Shown piece after piece: positions 39,882 through 52,069 of a stretch of 64,000 bases of DNA; position 1 is the first letter of the stretch; each line of letters opens with the position of its first letter. Source of the DNA: Adineta vaga (taxonomy: Eukaryota > Animalia > Rotifera); NCBI GenBank assembly GCA_021613535.1, contig CP075497.1, forward strand, positions 7,316,001 through 7,380,000. The letters run 5' to 3'. Position numbers and translations under genes: made by a program. The notes below the pieces were generated by a model, which was not told the origin of the DNA, ran no database searches, and was given only the letters and a program-made list of their open reading frames with translations.

Positions 39882-41133
39882 TCAACCGAGAAGATCTACT
39901 AAATCATTGATAGATATACTAGCTAAAAGTTTGTCATAATCTTTTTTTCGATTTCGATCACGTCGTAAGAATTTTGTATGACGATCTAACGCAATTCGTG
40001 CACTTTGAATAACCTGTGGTAATAGTTCATATCGAAATTGTTTCAAATATCGTTTTCGAATATCTTCATTCGGTAAGAGAAGTAAATGTCCATTGCCACC
40101 TATCTGTTCATCAGTATATTGAAATGATATGTCAGTATATGCTATTGTAATAATGCCAAGAAGATCAGATGTTTGATCAATTTCAATTATTTTCGGTAGA
40201 AGTAATGCAATCATAAAATCACGATGTGAATCAGCTAATGTCATTTCAGGTCGAATGAATTCATTTAAAATCCAATTGAATTGAAGTAAAAAAGCATCAC
40301 TGGTTGTTTTTGCTCGTTTTGATAATTCGATAATAAGTTCAGTTAAACATGTCCATTGAATTTTAATATCCTTTATTTGCCAAGAAATTATTAAATCAGA
40401 TGTTGCACTAGTTAGTAAATGATCGATTTCAGTCAAAAGATTTAAGACTTGTTGAAAAGCTTTTCCTGGTTTACTCAGCACAACTAAGCTATCATTTACT
40501 ATTTTTTCTATCTCCTTGAATGAATCTGGAAATGACATTAGAAGAAATTCGAAGGGTGCAATTTTCATATATACCAGTATATTTTTCAACTCAGTTGGAA
40601 CACGTTCCATACCTATATGAACACGATTTAAATCTTCACGAGCACCTCCGATGGCAGTACGCATCTCTAAAGCTAATTGAGAGATTGTTTGACGAAAAGA
40701 TCCAATATTTTTTATACATTTGACTGAATAACCCAATGGAATGATAAAAGCGAAGTCTTGACGTGAAGCAAGTACCATTAAACTATTCAGATAATTTACC
40801 ACGATTGGATTTGCAAGAACCCAATCTTGCCATTCTTTAACTAAACGTTCATTATCAATCTTCTCTTCAACTACATTCCTTGATACAATATCTAAACGCA
40901 ATTGCATATGAAATTTGTTCTTACTTTTCCATAACATTCATTTAAGTGATTTTATTGGATATTACCTGTGAAATAATCTATAGCAGGATCAATAGCACTA
41001 TTTATAACCATCGATTTGCCCACTATAAAATGTTGATTATTAGCTATAAGCCAAATTAATATAACTATAGAGTTATAAATCTGTCACTGTTCTTAAAAAT
41101 AGAGTTGATATACTTACTTAGAAAGGTTCGCAT
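39882..41133 (-). CDS. Secreted alpha-helical protein, cluster member B (short form)
   Basis: Spliced N-terminus MRTFLIILIWLIANNQHFIVG. Core: EWQDWVLANPIVVNYLNSLMVLASRQDF..SFRQTISQL..VPTELK..IKIQW. Confidence 0.8.
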
Positions 41134-41271
41134 ATTTTATGATTATGAAGACAAATAATATCTACAATATGAATAATTTTATTAGTTTTCTTTTTCAAAC
41201 TTCAAAAAATCATATCCACAAATTTTATTTTATCATTCAAAAACAGTTTTCCAAAGTTTTTCTACGTTGTT

Positions 41272-42496
41272 TTAGTTATTGCTTCTAATTGAAGCAGCAA
41301 GAACACTTTGCAAATAAGTCGAATATTCTGCATGTCGTTCAGGGCTTGTTTCTGCAAATTGATTTTGACGTTCTTGAGCAAGCCGTGCTACTTTCACCGA
41401 CTGTGCAATTGTATTTTGCCACAATTGCCGTTGACTTGTTGCACGCGCTGATTCGCCGCCAAGACCAAGGTAATTATTGCTGACGGTTATTTGTGTTGCC
41501 ATATGATCTTGTGAAATATCACTATAAGTACGTGCCATCATATCTAATAGATATGATGATTGATCAATCGCAATTGAAGCCGGAATAAGTTTATTGAGAT
41601 GATCTGAACGTTGTTTTTCAGTATCAAAACCCTTTTCTTTTTGTGCTTGATTAGTTGGATCAATAAAATTATTAATAACACTGCTTTGAGTAAGATCAGC
41701 TCGTTCTGAAAATTTTCGAAATAGTTTCACCAATAGATCCCACTGTGCTTTGATATCAGTAGCATAAGCGTTGGCTTCTGTCAAATAATCAACATCTTCT
41801 GCTGATGCAGATGATAATGTCGAGTCCAATAATTTAACAAGTTCTTCGAACCATGATCCAAGTGCAACAAAAAGTTCAAGAGTTGGTTTAGTAACAACCG
41901 ATCCTTCATTAGCAGCACGATCAACATTACGTAAAGTATAGGGTAGAAGTTTACTGAGAAGATCATTGGGAGCAGTTTGAATTAAAACCAAACCTGCTTT
42001 TATATGATCTGGAATTTGATCCATACTACTTCGAGTACGAATTAGATCATTACTAGCCAGTTTAAAAGCTGCTTGCATTTCTGCGGATATCCGAGTGAGT
42101 ATGCTACGTAAGGATTGAATATTAGGAAGATGTTTGACAATATATTCAGCAGGAGGAGTTAAAGCTTGATCTTTACGTGATACAAGTACCATAAATAAAC
42201 CGAGATAATTGACTACTGTAGGTCCAGCTAAGACAAGATCTTCCCATTCACGATCAACTTCGGGAGCCAATGTTGTGGTAGTTGTAGTAGTAGTCACTGT
42301 TGTGGTTGTTGTTGTAAGTTGTGCGGTAGTTGATTCTGTTGTTATGTCAAAACCATTAGTTGTATCAAAAGGAAAAGAGTAACTTGTACTGATGAATAGA
42401 ACGAAAAAGGTCAATAAAGTGACTAATGAATCTAATCATATCCAAATCAAAATTAAATCTTCAAGATCTACTGAAAGAAAATGTCAACTTACTCAT
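41272..42496 (-). CDS. Secreted alpha-helical protein, cluster member C (short form with Thr-rich linker)
   Basis: ATG A|gtaagt micro-exon gives MNSLVTLLTFFVLFISTSYS, then poly-Thr. Core: EWEDLVLAGPTVVNYLGLFMVLVSRKD..IPDHIK..IKAQW. Confidence 0.82.
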
Positions 42497-42595
42497 ATTA
42501 ATTGATTAAAGATCCTCACACTGTTGATAGATTAATTATGTAGTTTTTCTCTAGAGAAAGACTGAAAAAGTCGTTGTTAAACATGAACAGTATCT

Positions 42596-42620
42596 GTATA
42601 TATATATATATATATATATA
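42596..42620. repeat. (TA)n microsatellite
   Basis: Perfect TA run between cluster members C and D. Similar runs occur near 2363 and 9445. Confidence 0.8.
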
Positions 42621-43260
42621 TTGGTAGAAATATTTCTCTATTTATTTTTCATTACCAGAGGATTTGATTCTTTTTTCAATATCAGATGACTTGTATACGA
42701 ACAAATTATGTTTTAATGATTGTTTTTCGTTTAGAGATTAGTTTTCGTCGAAAATCAAAATTTAAATAATAGCAATTATCATTCACGGAAAATTTCGTAC
42801 TTCTTCGATTTCGATCATAATCCGACAAAGGAGCCATCTAAATTTCAATCTTTCAATATTCATGAAATTCATATAATTAATATCGATGTTTTTTTCTTCT
42901 ATTGATGATATCAAATATTCAATATGCATCTCAACAACAGCTGTGAAAATATTCATAATAGAGCAAAGGTTTCTTAGTTAAGCCCTTGTCCTGAAAAAGT
43001 ACTCGCAGAAAAGAAAATAATCTCTTGTACTGATATCTTTAGGGCATTCGTATCGATGACAAAATCACCTGTTTTTATCTTGAAGAGACATGAGGCATTA
43101 AAGCGTTAGATTTTCGTGGAAAGCTAAGCTTTATTTTTAGTCTATTGATCGAAAGATAGCAATTAAATGGTGTGATATCCTTAATAAAAATCAGCAATGA
43201 ATATTAGAAATTCTAATCTATCTACATAATTCGATTATTTATTCGAAATTCGAAAATAGT

Positions 43261-45231
43261 TTAACCAATCGAAACTTCTAAATCTTCCAGAGCTATTTTA
43301 GCTAAAAATTGTTCATATTCGTCTCGACGTTGTTTATTACGTAGACTATATTCATTTTGTCGTGCTTGAGCTAATTGAGTAATGCGTGTTGAAGTTAATG
43401 TAGTATTTGACGAAATAGATTTTAGATAAGCTGTTCGTTCAGTATCAGTTTGAAGAAGCAATAGTGTATTCATACTAGTAATTTGACCAATCATATATTC
43501 TGATGAAACATCATGGTAGGTTTTTGACATGACATAAAGTAAATGAGCACCTCGTTCGATTTCTTGGCATGTAATACTGAGAATTTCAACAAAGAGTTCT
43601 CGATCACTTGGATCCACCAATAAATTATGCTCTTGTGCTTCCTTCACAACACTAATCAATTCATGAACGATGACCTACGCAGATGAAACAAAGTACGGAT
43701 GATCATTTTACCTGATTTAATAATTATATTAGGTACCTGTTGTGTACTATCAGCTTGTACGGATAGCTTCGAAAAAAATTGAATTAAACGTCCCCATTGC
43801 TCTTTTATTTGATTCATTTGTAAGATCGATTCAATAAGTATATCAACAATTTCTTGTTCACTCATTCTATCTAAATCTAGGGCAGCAATTTTGTTAATAA
43901 TAGCCACAAGCTTTTGTTGTTCCATTGCTTGTTGTGCGGCAAAGTCGGCATGACGCTTTTCGGCTTCTTTTAATACTTGAAGCAAATGATTTGCTTTGGC
44001 AATTGCATTTTGTTTTGCTGTTTCAGCAGCTGCTAAGGCTGCATTCAGAGCAGCTTGATTATTATAGCATAGTCCTAATACGCATCCCAAAAGACGTATT
44101 GGTGCAGTGACTACGGCGACAACGGCTTGAATTATTCTACGAAAAATTTTCCTGAACCATCTACGAGCAGTTGGAATAGCATTGAATGCTTCTTGATATT
44201 CTTTACGCGCCTTTTCCATTTCACGTTTAGAATCTTCATATTGAGATTTGATAGAATTTATATTATTATTTAAATTAGTTTGGTCTTCTTTAGCTTTATC
44301 AATCTGTGATTGAATCTGTTGAACAACATTTGTTTGTCCAGAATGTGTGTTTGTATTTGCTTCAATAATTTCAGCAATAAGTTCTTGTAAGGATGTAAAT
44401 TTTTCAAAAGTTGTTCTTGCATCAGCAGCACTTTCATTAGCAATACGACCGATAGATTCTAATGCTTTTGGAAGCATGATTTCAATGAGCATGGGTGAAC
44501 CAGCAAGGACCAGTTTGAGAGCCGTTTTAACATGACTTGGCACTTGTTGCACATTAAGTTGAATACGATCCATAGCTGTATGTGCACCAATCAATGCTGA
44601 ATACATTGAACCTGATACTTGAGCAAGTGTTGCTCGAAAAGAATTTGGATCTTTAATATATTGAAATGTAAAATGCGGTGGACGAGTTAATGGAAAATCA
44701 CGTTTACTAGCAAGAACAAGAAGATTACCAATATAATTCACTGATAATGGTCCAGCAGTCATGAGATGAACCCATTCACTATCGATATTATCTTGTAATG
44801 CAAGTTGATCATCGAGTTTATCGTCGAAAATAACTTCGTACGGGTCATCTTCACTAGAGCGCGACAATGCACCTAGAACATATTTCAAAATCTATGATCA
44901 ATCTCAATCTTATTTTACTGAAAACAAAGCAACTTACCACCTAAAGTGTCATCACCACGTGATAATTGCATTAAAAATTCATCGTCACTCATTTGTGGAA
45001 TAGCATAAAGTTTCGTACGATCCATATTAATAATTTGTTGTATGAAAGGATCACTAAATGGATTTAATAATTTATCCGAAGGCAGAAAAAGTGTTGTTGC
45101 ACATATATGAGTTAGCATACCCATTGAATACAATAAACAGATCGAAAAAAGTACTAAATTAGAAATGTTATTCGTATCTTCAGTAAGAAATTCTATTTCT
45201 TTAAATCTAGTGACTTACATGTATTCATCAT
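43261..45231 (-). CDS. Secreted alpha-helical protein, cluster member D (long form with coiled-coil/hydrophobic hairpin)
   Basis: Four exons. Signal MMNTLLFSICLLYSMGMLTHICA. Core EWVHLMTAGPLSVNYIGNLLVLASKRDF..SFRATLAQVS. Insert contains RRWFRKIFRRIIQAVVAVVTAPIRLLGCVLGLC. The TQQ|VIV intron joins ORF 43261-43659. Confidence 0.85.
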
Positions 45232-45508
45232 TTTGATTATCAATAAAAAGGATATGAAATGTTGTTGTTTTTAAATCTCTGCATCTCTCATATATGAAGT
45301 AAAAATCACAACAGATGTATAAACAACAGAATTCGTCTCATTAATCACGCACTTTTTCGACGAAAAATATACCTCGTCTGATCGATGAGAACAAGAAACA
45401 TCAATGGCACCTGTTGTATATCACGCAATTCACCAGCTATAAAACGATTTGTCTAAACTGATGTAGTAATACAAGTTAGTTGTTCTATTTTACCAATCAA
45501 TCGTAAAG
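45232..45508. promoter_or_regulatory. Putative bidirectional promoter between long cluster members D and E
   Basis: 277 bp separates the divergent ATGs; TATAAAA at 45438-45444 on the + strand. Confidence 0.45.
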
Positions 45509-47465
45509 ATGCTTTATGGTAAGTATTCTTCTGAATGGATTGTTTATAAATGCTGTTTTTAGTTTATTTATATATTTTGATCATGAAGTTCTGGATTGGA
45601 ACATCAACATCTGTCCAAGCAACTGCTCATACTTTATTTATTGATCCATCAGAAGATCCATTTTTAGATCATTATATTGAAACTATTGCACATATGAGTA
45701 CCAAAGAAATCATGGCTCTTCCAAAAATGAATGATGACGCTGCAGAACATGGTAAGTACTTTTGTTTTCCTTACACAAACTGACTTGCTAATATTTGTCG
45801 ATTGTCAAATATATATTGTTTCGTTTTTAATAGGAGTTAAATTGCGTGTTGATACAAGTGTTTTCGATCCACTTCGTGACGATCAATTAAAACATCAAAC
45901 CGAAATCGATAAAGAATGGGAAACATTGATGGTATCAGGTCCCATTGTTGTTGGATATATGGGCAACTTGATGGTTCTTGCTAGCAAGAAAGATTTTCCA
46001 TTTCAAGCACCAGTTGGATATGTTTATCGATATATTAGGTGAGATAAAATAACACTCCATGTTTAGTATAGCTTTCTTTTCTTTGTTCATAGATATCCAA
46101 ACTCATTTCGTGCTACACTAGCACAAGTATCGTCAGATATGTATAATGCTCTGATGGGTGCGCATACTGCTATGGACGAGATCCAATTGGCTATTAAACA
46201 AGTTCCTACACATGTCAAAACAGCACTCAAACTAATTACTTCAGCAAAAGATGCAATGCTCAAATCATTACTTCCGGGCACATTAGAACGTATCGGAAAT
46301 TTAGCAACTGAAAGTGCAAATAAGGCTAATTCAACATTACTTCGTTTTAATCAATTACAAGATTTATTGGCGGAAATCATTGAATTAAGTGCTAGTACTC
46401 AATCCACCAACGAAGCTGATATCGAACGACTAAACGAACAACGAAAAAACTCCACCCTTGAACAAGAACGTTTAAAAGAAACTATTGAATCCATCAATAA
46501 ACAACATGATCAATCAAAAGCAAATCTTGAAAATGCGCGTAAAAAATATGCGGCAGCTATGGTAGATCTTTCGGCTTCATCATCACCTCAGATCATTGAA
46601 AGTGGAGGTTCTAAACATAATCTAGTGACTGTAGCTATTGGAATTGTATTTGATCCCATAAAAACAGTTGGTTGTTTACTCGGCAATTGTGGTAGTCCCA
46701 CGTATACTGTTGATAATACTAAATTTGAAAACGCTATGAAAATAGCTCAGATGGCTAAAGAAGAATTAGAACGGGCTGAACAAATCCAAAATGAACATTT
46801 TCTTCTTCAATTAGCCGAACAAAATGAATTAGCAAAAACAATGAATAATATGGCTATGTTAGATTTAAGTAAATTGAGTACAGAAGAAATCGTTCGTTTA
46901 TTAATTGAATTAGTTGATCAGATTAATTTAATCAAAGAACAATGGGCACGTATGATTCAATTTTTTTCCAAATTAGCTGCTCAAGCTAAAAGTACTCAAC
47001 AAGTAAGATCAGTATATTTTTTAATCTTGTCTTACATAGTTTTTATTTCAGGTTGTTGTCAAAGATTTCGTCGATGTTATTCAACAGGCTCAAAAAGACA
47101 ATTTATTAATTGATCCTTTTGATCGAGAATTTTTCATTGAACTATTAATACCTTCAGCAACAACAATTGAAAGTGGTGCACATCTTTTATATACTATGGC
47201 AAAAACATATTATGCAGTATCAAGTGAACATATGATTAATCAAATTGCAGGTATTGATAAAATGTTAATTTTACAAACAGATGAAGCACGACAAGCACAA
47301 CTTCAGATAGCATCAAATAATACTTTAAGTACTTCATTACAAATAACTCAATTAGCACAAGAACGACATGCACTTTATCTACAAGAAATGCAAAATCGTC
47401 AAGCAGAATATATAACTTATATCAACGATTCGATCATATTTGAACTTCAAGAAACTATTGGTTGA
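45509..47465 (+). CDS. Secreted alpha-helical protein, cluster member E (long form with coiled-coil/hydrophobic hairpin)
   Basis: Five exons. Signal MLYVYLYILIMKFWIGTSTSVQA. Core EWETLMVSGPIVVGYMGNLMVLASKKDF..YPNSFRATLAQVS. Insert contains LVTVAIGIVFDPIKTVGCLLGNCG. Shares the TQQ|V intron with D and ends ETIG* (D ends VSIG*). Confidence 0.85.
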
Positions 47466-47835
47466 ACATTAAAGCTTTTTCTGAAATTTATCAATTTCTG
47501 TTAGTTTCTCAGATGTTTGATCGAAATTGATTATTTTTAAATATTAGTTAGAAATTTAGTCTATGAATACCGTCGAATTCAATTCGATATAGTAAGTGTT
47601 TTTCTAAACTACAATTGAAAGTGATTATTGAATAAATAGAAGACAATCAGTCGATCATATACTAGTGAAACATTTAAGATCTACGAAATATCGAACTGAA
47701 TTGAGAAAAAACTTTACCTTATAATATATAATTTGTTATGAACTACTCTCTTATACACTCATGTTTGATTCATTAATGTAAATATAAATTAATGATAAAA
47801 TATTTCAACTTTAATCTTTAAGATCAAAACATATT

Positions 47836-48849
47836 TTATTCAATTATTTTCAATTCAATATAATCACACATTACTGAATATTTTCTATACGGTATCTGCC
47901 AAATTCGAATACCACAATAAATTTTCGATAATTCATATACAGTAATTAGTCCCATACGTTCTTCAAACCATCGAGAAGTATTACTTTCCATTGTATTATT
48001 CATTTCATTACTATTGCTCATAACATAATGTAAATCAAACCAATCTTGATCCCATTCGATTGAACTCATTATACCAAATTCTGGTATACATGTAAATTCA
48101 CCTGTAAATTGATCTTCATTACTTGGTTGTTCACAACGTAATAATTCTAATTTCATTCGACAATAAATTGCATATCGACCAGGTAAAATCAAATGAAATT
48201 CTGCTCGTATTGCAGCTAACCATCTCAAATCTAATATTGCAATTGCACCATAATCACTCGTAATATCATTGATACTTTTTGGACGATGTAATTCACTTAT
48301 TCGTGTTGTATTAAAACAAGTATATGTTTCATATGCAAATGATAAACGTATTCTTTTTGATAAATAATAATAAATAAGTTTGGATAGAACTGATTGATTT
48401 TGTGGATAAATCAATTCGCGAAATGTCTTTTCGTCGATAGCCATTTTCAAATGAGTAGAATATTTTGGTAAATAAAATTTTGCACGTTTAGCAGCAGCAA
48501 AACCTTTCAGATTTCCATTTTGTGCATCAGTTACAATTAAATTCCAACCATTACGTAAAATAGCTGAAGGTAATTGCAAATATTGTTTTTCAAATTCAAT
48601 AAGACATTCATTCGATGAGCATAAATATTCACAATTATTTTTATGCAAAAAAATTTCATCACAATAACGTTGTAATAAAACTGAACCATAACGTATTCGA
48701 ATTAGATGTCTCCAAAATGAATTATTTTCAATAAGATCATATAGATGTTGATTCGTATATGATAGATGAAGAATATCCGTTAGTTTTGGTAGATATTCAC
48801 AAATTGAATACCAAATTATATCAGGTAGAGTGGTCCAGTCAGTATTCAT
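47836..48849 (-). CDS. F-box protein with a C-terminal PP2/Nictaba-like beta domain; intronless
   Basis: F-box WTTLPDIIWYSICEYLP..DILHLSYTNQHLY......FWR. C-terminal motifs LPGRYAIYCRMKL, WFEERMG and DYIEL resemble PP2 domains (inference). Confidence 0.7.
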   Translation of the reverse strand: MNTDWTTLPDIIWYSICEYLPKLTDILHLSYTNQHLYDLIENNSFWRHLIRIRYGSVLLQRYCDEIFLHKNNCEYLCSSNECLIEFEKQYLQLPSAILRNGWNLIVTDAQNGNLKGFAAAKRAKFYLPKYSTHLKMAIDEKTFRELIYPQNQSVLSKLIYYYLSKRIRLSFAYETYTCFNTTRISELHRPKSINDITSDYGAIAILDLRWLAAIRAEFHLILPGRYAIYCRMKLELLRCEQPSNEDQFTGEFTCIPEFGIMSSIEWDQDWFDLHYVMSNSNEMNNTMESNTSRWFEERMGLITVYELSKIYCGIRIWQIPYRKYSVMCDYIELKIIE

Positions 48850-49147
48850 TGGCTTAGATTATAGTTTTCTCGTTTATTTCTGTCGATTATTTCTTTCTTT
48901 TGGATATCTATACCGTACATAGTTTATATGCGATTTTGTCATGAGACACATCTACAGAACAAAAGAAAAAGAACAAGAACAAGAAGGAAAAGGAAAAGGA
49001 AAAGATTCTTTTGCTTTCTCAAAGAGTCCAATGATTTTCTGTTAGATAGAATGCAATATTATCTTATTTGCACTCTTTTTTTGTAGTATATGCGTGTCAT
49101 AATGAATGTTTGAAGAAACGATAGATGTGGCTATAGAACAGCTTAGT

Positions 49148-49564
49148 TTATGCTGGATATTCATTATTTCGTTGATTACGACGATAAAAATATTTGAAAT
49201 AAACTATTTCACCGATGAGTAATATACTAATAAATGATATACCAAAGCCCATACCTAATTGTGCTGAACGAGTAGGTGGTGGTTCAACTAAATAAAACAA
49301 AATATATATATATAATACATTTTTTCTTTCTTAACAATAAAGAACGAAAATTATACCTGTTTTAAATACTCGAACAGCAGTCGTCGTGATTATTGATGAT
49401 ATATGATCTGTGAGAGTTGAATTTATGAGAAAAGTACTATTAAATGTATTCTCCATAGATGAAGAAGATGTTTCCGTGGTAATAGTTGAAAGCTGTGTGG
49501 ATTCTTCTGCTGAACGGGTACCCATCAATATATAAAAACTAGTCAGAAATAATAATTTCATCAT
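49148..49564 (-). CDS. Small mucin-like type I membrane protein
   Basis: Signal peptide and S/T-rich ectodomain. After an intron, the second exon reads VEPPPTRSAQLGMGFGISFISILLIGEIVYFKYFYRRNQRNNEYPA*. Confidence 0.7.
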
Positions 49565-49972
49565 GAAACTAAGCGATATTCGAAGTAACCAAACGAAGTA
49601 TAATAATAAAAGTTGATTTATATCAACTTTGAGTAAGATAAAAGAAGAAGAAAAGAAAAAATGTGTTCTATTAGTTTTTGGAATATTTTATCATGTCACG
49701 AAGGTAATCAATCAACAAAACGTCCTGAAATATTTGACAAACAATCAGGGGAGGAAAAAAACCAGTCAACAGTATTTCTAATATTAAATGGAGGATATGC
49801 TGATAACACTGACAGATTTAAATTGAATTCAGATGACAATATTTCAAGTATACAAAGACAGAAGGTTTTACGTTAGAGTAATAATAAAAGATAAAATTAT
49901 AGTTAAAATCATCGGAAGAGTTGTGCAAATTTTATGGAATCAAAAAACAAAAGTTAATTCTTTTTAAGTCCA

Positions 49973-50821
49973 TTAAAATAACTCTGAACTATTACTACCA
50001 GAATCATTATGTTCAGATATTGAATTAGTTTTTGACGCTCGTGTTTCAAACGATTGTAAATAGCTATTACGTTTTGGTTCTTTTTTCTCCGATCTTAATC
50101 GTCTATTATCATCAGAAAGTATTCTCTGCATAGTTGATTCGTCCAATGCCCAAATATATTCGCCATTACCACCTGGTATTCCATCAATAAAGTGTCCTCG
50201 ATATGAATCACCATTGGCCCAAGAAAATCTTCCATAACCATTTTTTAAATCATTCGCGTATTCACCCTCGTAAGAATCACCATTTACATAGGTAACTTTT
50301 GCATGTCCATGTCGTTGACCTTCATAAAAATCTCCTTCATAAAGATCACCATTTCCATATTCATATTGACCTTGACCGTGAAAAGCATTATGTTGCCAAT
50401 CACCTATATACACTGCACCTTTAACTTTCCATGTGTATGTTCCATGACCATGTTTTTCATTTTTTTCATAACTACCTTCATACACATCTCCATTGCTCCA
50501 TGTAGCTCTCCCTTGACCATGTCGTCTTCCATTATTCCAATTTCCTTCGTAAGTATCACCTGTATTTGTTACTAATTTTCCTGGTCCATGTGGACGATCA
50601 TGTTCATATTGTCCTACGTAAGTTGCACCGGACGCCCATTTATATACACCTTGACCATGTTTTTCATTATTAACAAAATCTCCTTCGTAATATGAACCAT
50701 TATTTAGGATAAGTTTACCAGAACCATGTCGTTTACCATTTTTATAACCTCCTGTATAACGTGCTCCACTAATATAATCAACAGATTGTTTTGTAGTTTT
50801 TTTGTTTGTCTCGGTGGGCAT
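49973..50821 (-). CDS. MORN repeat protein
   Basis: About nine tandem YxGxW/FxxGxxHGxG repeats. Confidence 0.92.
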   Translation of the reverse strand: MPTETNKKTTKQSVDYISGARYTGGYKNGKRHGSGKLILNNGSYYEGDFVNNEKHGQGVYKWASGATYVGQYEHDRPHGPGKLVTNTGDTYEGNWNNGRRHGQGRATWSNGDVYEGSYEKNEKHGHGTYTWKVKGAVYIGDWQHNAFHGQGQYEYGNGDLYEGDFYEGQRHGHAKVTYVNGDSYEGEYANDLKNGYGRFSWANGDSYRGHFIDGIPGGNGEYIWALDESTMQRILSDDNRRLRSEKKEPKRNSYLQSFETRASKTNSISEHNDSGSNSSELF

Positions 50822-52069
50822 ACTGTGTAATGATAAAATGTCTGAATGATGAAAGTATCAATATTAATAATGAATAGATATGCTTGACTGAATTTTACAT
50901 CGTTAGAGGAAAAAAAATAATCATGTATTCAGTAAATGAAAATCATAAAAAACAACAGAATGGCGACGTCCTCAATCTACGAAAATCTACATTCTTTTCA
51001 TTAGATCATTATTGATAATACACGAGTTTGGACATACCTTCGTTTTTCTACGAATTTTATTCATCAATGAAGGTACACCGGGGTGAATGTAGCGGCGAAA
51101 GGTAAATAGTTTGTCCTTGAAAAACGATCGAATGTATAATTCAACAAATATTTTGATGGTATCTTTTGCATTATATCGATTATCAGATGATCGATTGACG
51201 TAATTTGAAAATAAGTTAACGAGTATTGACCGTACTCTCCTAACCATTACTTTCGACGAAGAATCTATTGATGTGAACATTCACATACTATAACTTCCAA
51301 GTCATAAGAATTTTGCTCAATTATCGTAATGATTAGTATCAATTTTATGAGCAAGTCTAATATCAATAAAAAAAATACGGCAAATATTATATAATAACGT
51401 CTACTTTGGTTTTTTATTCCTAACCTACTTGAAAATAATAGTGATTCATCATTTACTTATTCAATAATACTGAGTCATCGTCATATGACAATAAAACGGA
51501 AATAAAATTCAAGTTTATAAACTTTAATACTAGCTAATCAGGTAAGTAAAATCGAGTTTTATTGAATCTATCTCATCCTAACCGAAACATAAGAATATAG
51601 AATGAAATGAAAAGGAAGAAAAGTTTTCACTATTCACTCAGTTTATATTAATTACGGAAACAAAATTTAGTGTTCGTACATTTCTGTATACGCATTAGTA
51701 AACCGATCTATTTTTTCTATAAATTATCTTTGAATTTTTTTAACAAATCATTCTTGGATATTTTAATTGCTCATACTGACAAATCAGGAGTTTTCAAATT
51801 GTCAGTTTGAAAGTTGTATACATTTTGTTCTATAAACAACGATCAAAGGTTAGTTCTCTTTGGTCAAATATACTTTTTTCTGCTCTTTCTTCTTCTTCTT
51901 CTTCGACAACTTTCTCTCACGTCGCAAAAAGATAAGACAAGCAAGCAAATTCTACATGTGACTCATATGACACTCAGTAGGTAGATATCAAAAGAAACAA
52001 ACAGTTAAAAAAGCAGCAGCATTATTATTATTACGTTCTTTCATCTCGGACCATTTCATCAAAATAATA

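Noticed and set aside
50303-50575. Antisense or alternate-frame ORFs inside real genes (e.g. 4207, 4499, 7068, 21391, 27819, 43925, 50303, 52546)
   Set aside because: Shadow frames produced by codon bias or repeats in the overlapping gene.
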